Shown here: positions 61,161-64,000 of the stretch, piece by piece
Position numbering within the stretch: the first letter of the stretch is position 1
Layout: each line of letters begins with the position of its first letter
Source of the DNA: Candidatus Latescibacterota bacterium
GTDB lineage: Bacteria > Latescibacterota > UBA2968
Assembly (NCBI GenBank): GCA_965204745.1
Contig: OZ242010.1
Span: 3,680,001 to 3,744,000, forward strand
DNA length: 64,000 bases
Direction: 5' to 3'
The notes under the pieces: generated by a model
The model's database searches: none
What the model was told of the DNA's origin: nothing
The model's input: only the letters and a program-made list of their open reading frames with translations
Program-made: the position numbers and the translations under genes

Positions 61161-61633
61161 GGCCCATCCTCCCAGGCCGCGGCGACATCGACCATTTCTA
61201 TCGCGCCCAAGGCGGCTTCCCACCCCTTGTTGCCGGCTTTGCTGCCGGCCCGCTCTATGGCTTGTTCAATGGTGTCGGTCGTCAAAATCCCGAACATCGC
61301 GGGCACGCCGGTTTCGCATCCCACCGCCGCCACGCCTTTTGTGGCTTCGTTGCACACGTAGTCAAAGTGGGGCGTGCTCCCCCTGATCACGGTGCCTAAG
61401 CAAATCAGCGCGTCATACCGCCCGCTCTGCGCCATCTTGCGCGCCATCATCGGAATTTCAAAGCTGCCCGGCACCCACACCACCTCCACGGCCTCTGTAT
61501 CGCCACCGTGGCGCGCAATGCAGTCGAGCGCGCCGCCGAGCAATTCCTTGCCGATAAACGCATTGAACCTGCCCACCACAATGCCGAATCGCTTGCCGTG
61601 TGCGGACAACTGGCCTTCATAAATTTTGGGCAT
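61157..61633 (-). CDS. ribH: 6,7-dimethyl-8-ribityllumazine synthase
   Basis: [22 protein letters not shown]. Confidence 0.96.
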   Translation of the reverse strand: MPKIYEGQLSAHGKRFGIVVGRFNAFIGKELLGGALDCIARHGGDTEAVEVVWVPGSFEIPMMARKMAQSGRYDALICLGTVIRGSTPHFDYVCNEATKGVAAVGCETGVPAMFGILTTDTIEQAIERAGSKAGNKGWEAALGAIEMVDVAAAWEDGP

Positions 61634-62870
61634 CTCGGTCTCCTTCCTCGCGCATTTGCAGATCGCCTTCTCGAAACAGGTGGCCCATCTTTTCTCGCTT
61701 GGTTCGCATGTAGGTCAAATTCCACTTGTTGACCTGAATGGCGACCGGAACGCGATCCACGATCTCGATTCCATAAGCCTCTAACCCCACGCGCTTCGAG
61801 GGGTTGTTGGTGATGAGCTTGACCTTGCGGATTCCCAAATCCGACAAAATCTGCGCGCCAATGCCATAGTCGCGTTCGTCCATCTTAAACCCGAGTTTCA
61901 AATTGGCTTCGACGGTATCGTAGCCATCTTCCTGCAATTTGTACGCGTGCAATTTTGCCCGCAACCCGATTCCCCGACCTTCCTGCCGCATGTACACCAG
62001 CGCGCCGCGGCCTTCCTGCTCGATCATCTCGAGGGCCGAGTGCAAATTCTTCTCGCAATCGCAGCGCAACGACCCCAAGGTATCGCCGGTCAAACACTCC
62101 GAGTGCATCCGCACCAACACGGCCGTGCCGTTAGCGAGATCGCCCTTGACCAGTGCTACGTGCTCTCGATCATCCACATCGCTTTCGTAGAGATGCAACT
62201 GAAACGCGCCGAATCGCGTGGGCAAATCCACTCGCTCCACACAGCGCACGAGTTTTTCAGACCGGCGGCGATAGGCGATCAAGTCGTGAATCGTCACCAC
62301 GTTCAAATCGAATTGCGCGGCAATGTCCAAAAGCTGCGGCAGGCGGGCCATGGTGCCGTCTTCGTTTAAGATCTCGCACAACACGCCCGCGGGATACAGC
62401 CCGGCCAAGCGCGCGAGATCGACCGCGGCCTCGGTGTGCCCCGCACGTCTCAAAACCCCGCCGGGCATGGCGCGGAGTGGGAAGATGTGACCGGGGCGCC
62501 CAAAATTTTCCGGGCGCGATTGGGGATCGACAAATTGCCGAATGGTCTCTGCCCTGTCCTGCGCGGAGATGCCCGTGCTCACGCCGTAGAGCGCGTCTAT
62601 GCTCACGGTGAACGGGGTGCCGTGCAGCGCGGTGTTGGTATTGACCATCATATCCAAGTCGAGCTCTTTGAGCCGGTCCGGCATTGCGGGCAAGCAGATC
62701 AGGCCGCGCCCATAGCGCGCCATAAAATTGATGGCTTGGGCGGTCGCTTTTTCCGCTGCCATAATAAAATCGCCTTCGTTTTCCCGGTCTTCGTCATCGA
62801 CCACAATGACGATTTTGCCCGTGCGAATGTCTTCGAGCGCGTCTTCAATTTTTGCAACGCTTTTGCCCAT
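61617..62870 (-). CDS. ribBA: Bifunctional DHBP synthase / GTP cyclohydrolase II
   Basis: [36 protein letters not shown]. Confidence 0.96.
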   Translation of the reverse strand: MGKSVAKIEDALEDIRTGKIVIVVDDEDRENEGDFIMAAEKATAQAINFMARYGRGLICLPAMPDRLKELDLDMMVNTNTALHGTPFTVSIDALYGVSTGISAQDRAETIRQFVDPQSRPENFGRPGHIFPLRAMPGGVLRRAGHTEAAVDLARLAGLYPAGVLCEILNEDGTMARLPQLLDIAAQFDLNVVTIHDLIAYRRRSEKLVRCVERVDLPTRFGAFQLHLYESDVDDREHVALVKGDLANGTAVLVRMHSECLTGDTLGSLRCDCEKNLHSALEMIEQEGRGALVYMRQEGRGIGLRAKLHAYKLQEDGYDTVEANLKLGFKMDERDYGIGAQILSDLGIRKVKLITNNPSKRVGLEAYGIEIVDRVPVAIQVNKWNLTYMRTKREKMGHLFREGDLQMREEGDRDAQNL

Positions 62871-62879
62871 ACGCCTCTC

Positions 62880-63536
62880 TCATGCAACCGACGGGTCGCG
62901 CATCATCGCCCGAACCCGCGCTTCTGTCATCGGGGTTTCCGCTGTGCCGTTCACCTGCACCAACCGCTCCAAATAGCGCGCGATCATATCCACCTCGACA
63001 TTGACCCGATCTCCCGGATATTTCTGCGACAAGGTCGTAACGGTCAGCGTGTGTGGAATCGCCGCGATGGAAAAGGTACGCGCGGAAACAGCGACCACCG
63101 TCAAACTGATCCCGTCAACCGCCACAGAACCCTTCTCGGCAAGATAGGGGGCTAGTTCACGCGGGACTTCGAACTCGAGCTCAACTCGACCTGTGGCTTC
63201 CACGCGGCGTTTCACGCGGCCGACCCCATCTACATGCCCGGCGACGAGATGCCCGTCGAGGCGGTCGCCGAGTTTTAGTGATCGCTCCAGGTTGACGCGA
63301 CTGCCCACGCGCCTATCGCCCAATGTGGTTCGCAACAGGGTTTCCGCCACCGACTCGACCGCAAAGGTCTGGGCATCGAATTGCACAACCGTGTGACACG
63401 CGCCATCGATGGCGATGCTGTCGCCCACCCCAAGCCCATCGAGCACCTGTTGCGCGGCAATTGTCGTGCGCCGATACCCGGCCCGCGATTCAACGCGCCG
63501 AACCGTTCCCACTTCTTCTACGATACCCGTGAACAT
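62880..63536 (-). CDS. ribE: Riboflavin synthase
   Basis: [28 protein letters not shown]. Confidence 0.95.
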   Translation of the reverse strand: MFTGIVEEVGTVRRVESRAGYRRTTIAAQQVLDGLGVGDSIAIDGACHTVVQFDAQTFAVESVAETLLRTTLGDRRVGSRVNLERSLKLGDRLDGHLVAGHVDGVGRVKRRVEATGRVELEFEVPRELAPYLAEKGSVAVDGISLTVVAVSARTFSIAAIPHTLTVTTLSQKYPGDRVNVEVDMIARYLERLVQVNGTAETPMTEARVRAMMRDPSVA

Positions 63537-64000
63537 GATGTCCTTACCCGCGCGGTGAACAAAAAATCATCGCCGACAGATTCGACCTTCACCTCTTCAA
63601 GCGCGATGGCATCGCCGATTGAATCGATGCCCAGCGGCCCGATGGCGTGCAACCCCGCGCCCAAAATTTTGGGCGCCACAACCACGGCCAAGCGATCCAC
63701 CAACCCCAAGCGCAAGGCCGATGTCGCAACGCGCCTGCCGCCTTCGATCAAAACCCGGCGCAACCCGGCCCGTGCGGCCCTGTGCAAGACCCTCGTCAAA
63801 TCCACCTGACCCGCTGGCAACTGCCAGACCTCAGCGCCTCTGTTTTCCCGCGCCTGTACCCGCTGTTTTCCCGCGCCTGCTCCGGCGACCAAAATCAGTG
63901 CTGCGCCACCAAAAATTTTCGCGGTCAATGGGATGGTCAACCGCGTGTCCAAAACGATCTTTGTGGGGCTGCATCCCTCGACGTATCGCACGGACAACTC
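63518..64000 (-). CDS. ribD: RibD reductase domain (partial, runs off the window)
   Basis: IVLDTRL, VLIEGG, LVDRL..APKILG; position upstream of ribE. Confidence 0.85.
   Translation of the reverse strand, partial: ELSVRYVEGCSPTKIVLDTRLTIPLTAKIFGGAALILVAGAGAGKQRVQARENRGAEVWQLPAGQVDLTRVLHRAARAGLRRVLIEGGRRVATSALRLGLVDRLAVVVAPKILGAGLHAIGPLGIDSIGDAIALEEVKVESVGDDFLFTARVRTSCSRVS

Overview
GC-rich bacterial chromosomal window. It carries many Gfo/Idh/MocA and PhyH genes and a cohesin/dockerin-like protein, a profile that suggests (inference only) a Latescibacterota/Gemmatimonadota/Poribacteria-like organism. Housekeeping genes: lgt, cysS, iscS, secA, nusB, rib operon, tRNA-Pro(CGG). Other clusters: a cytochrome c/PCuAC/SCO copper cluster, an iron-uptake cluster (porin, imelysin, DHOR, TonB receptor, PepSY) beside two divergent ferritins, a partner-switching phosphorelay, and scattered defence genes (two orphan DNA methyltransferases, GmrSD-like, ABC ATPase, Rpn). 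The most striking feature is the intergenic DNA. It is built from a modular repeat system centred on variable-length heptamer arrays ((CTGACHA)n and (GCAAGAG)n) in conserved flanks, plus GTAG-type REPs. These arrays host a TA-duplicating MITE family (an empty-site twin is present in the window) and an IS903-group element. Features missed by the ORF track: a UxxC ArsC/Spx selenoprotein candidate with a SECIS-like hairpin, an internal RpnS-like start, a 30-aa membrane peptide, a 32-bp minisatellite inside the SCO 5' end, and several gene stubs (relE-like, pckA, trpC, ATPase partner, DUF4258/YgiT). All family calls come from motif recognition by eye, not from database searches.
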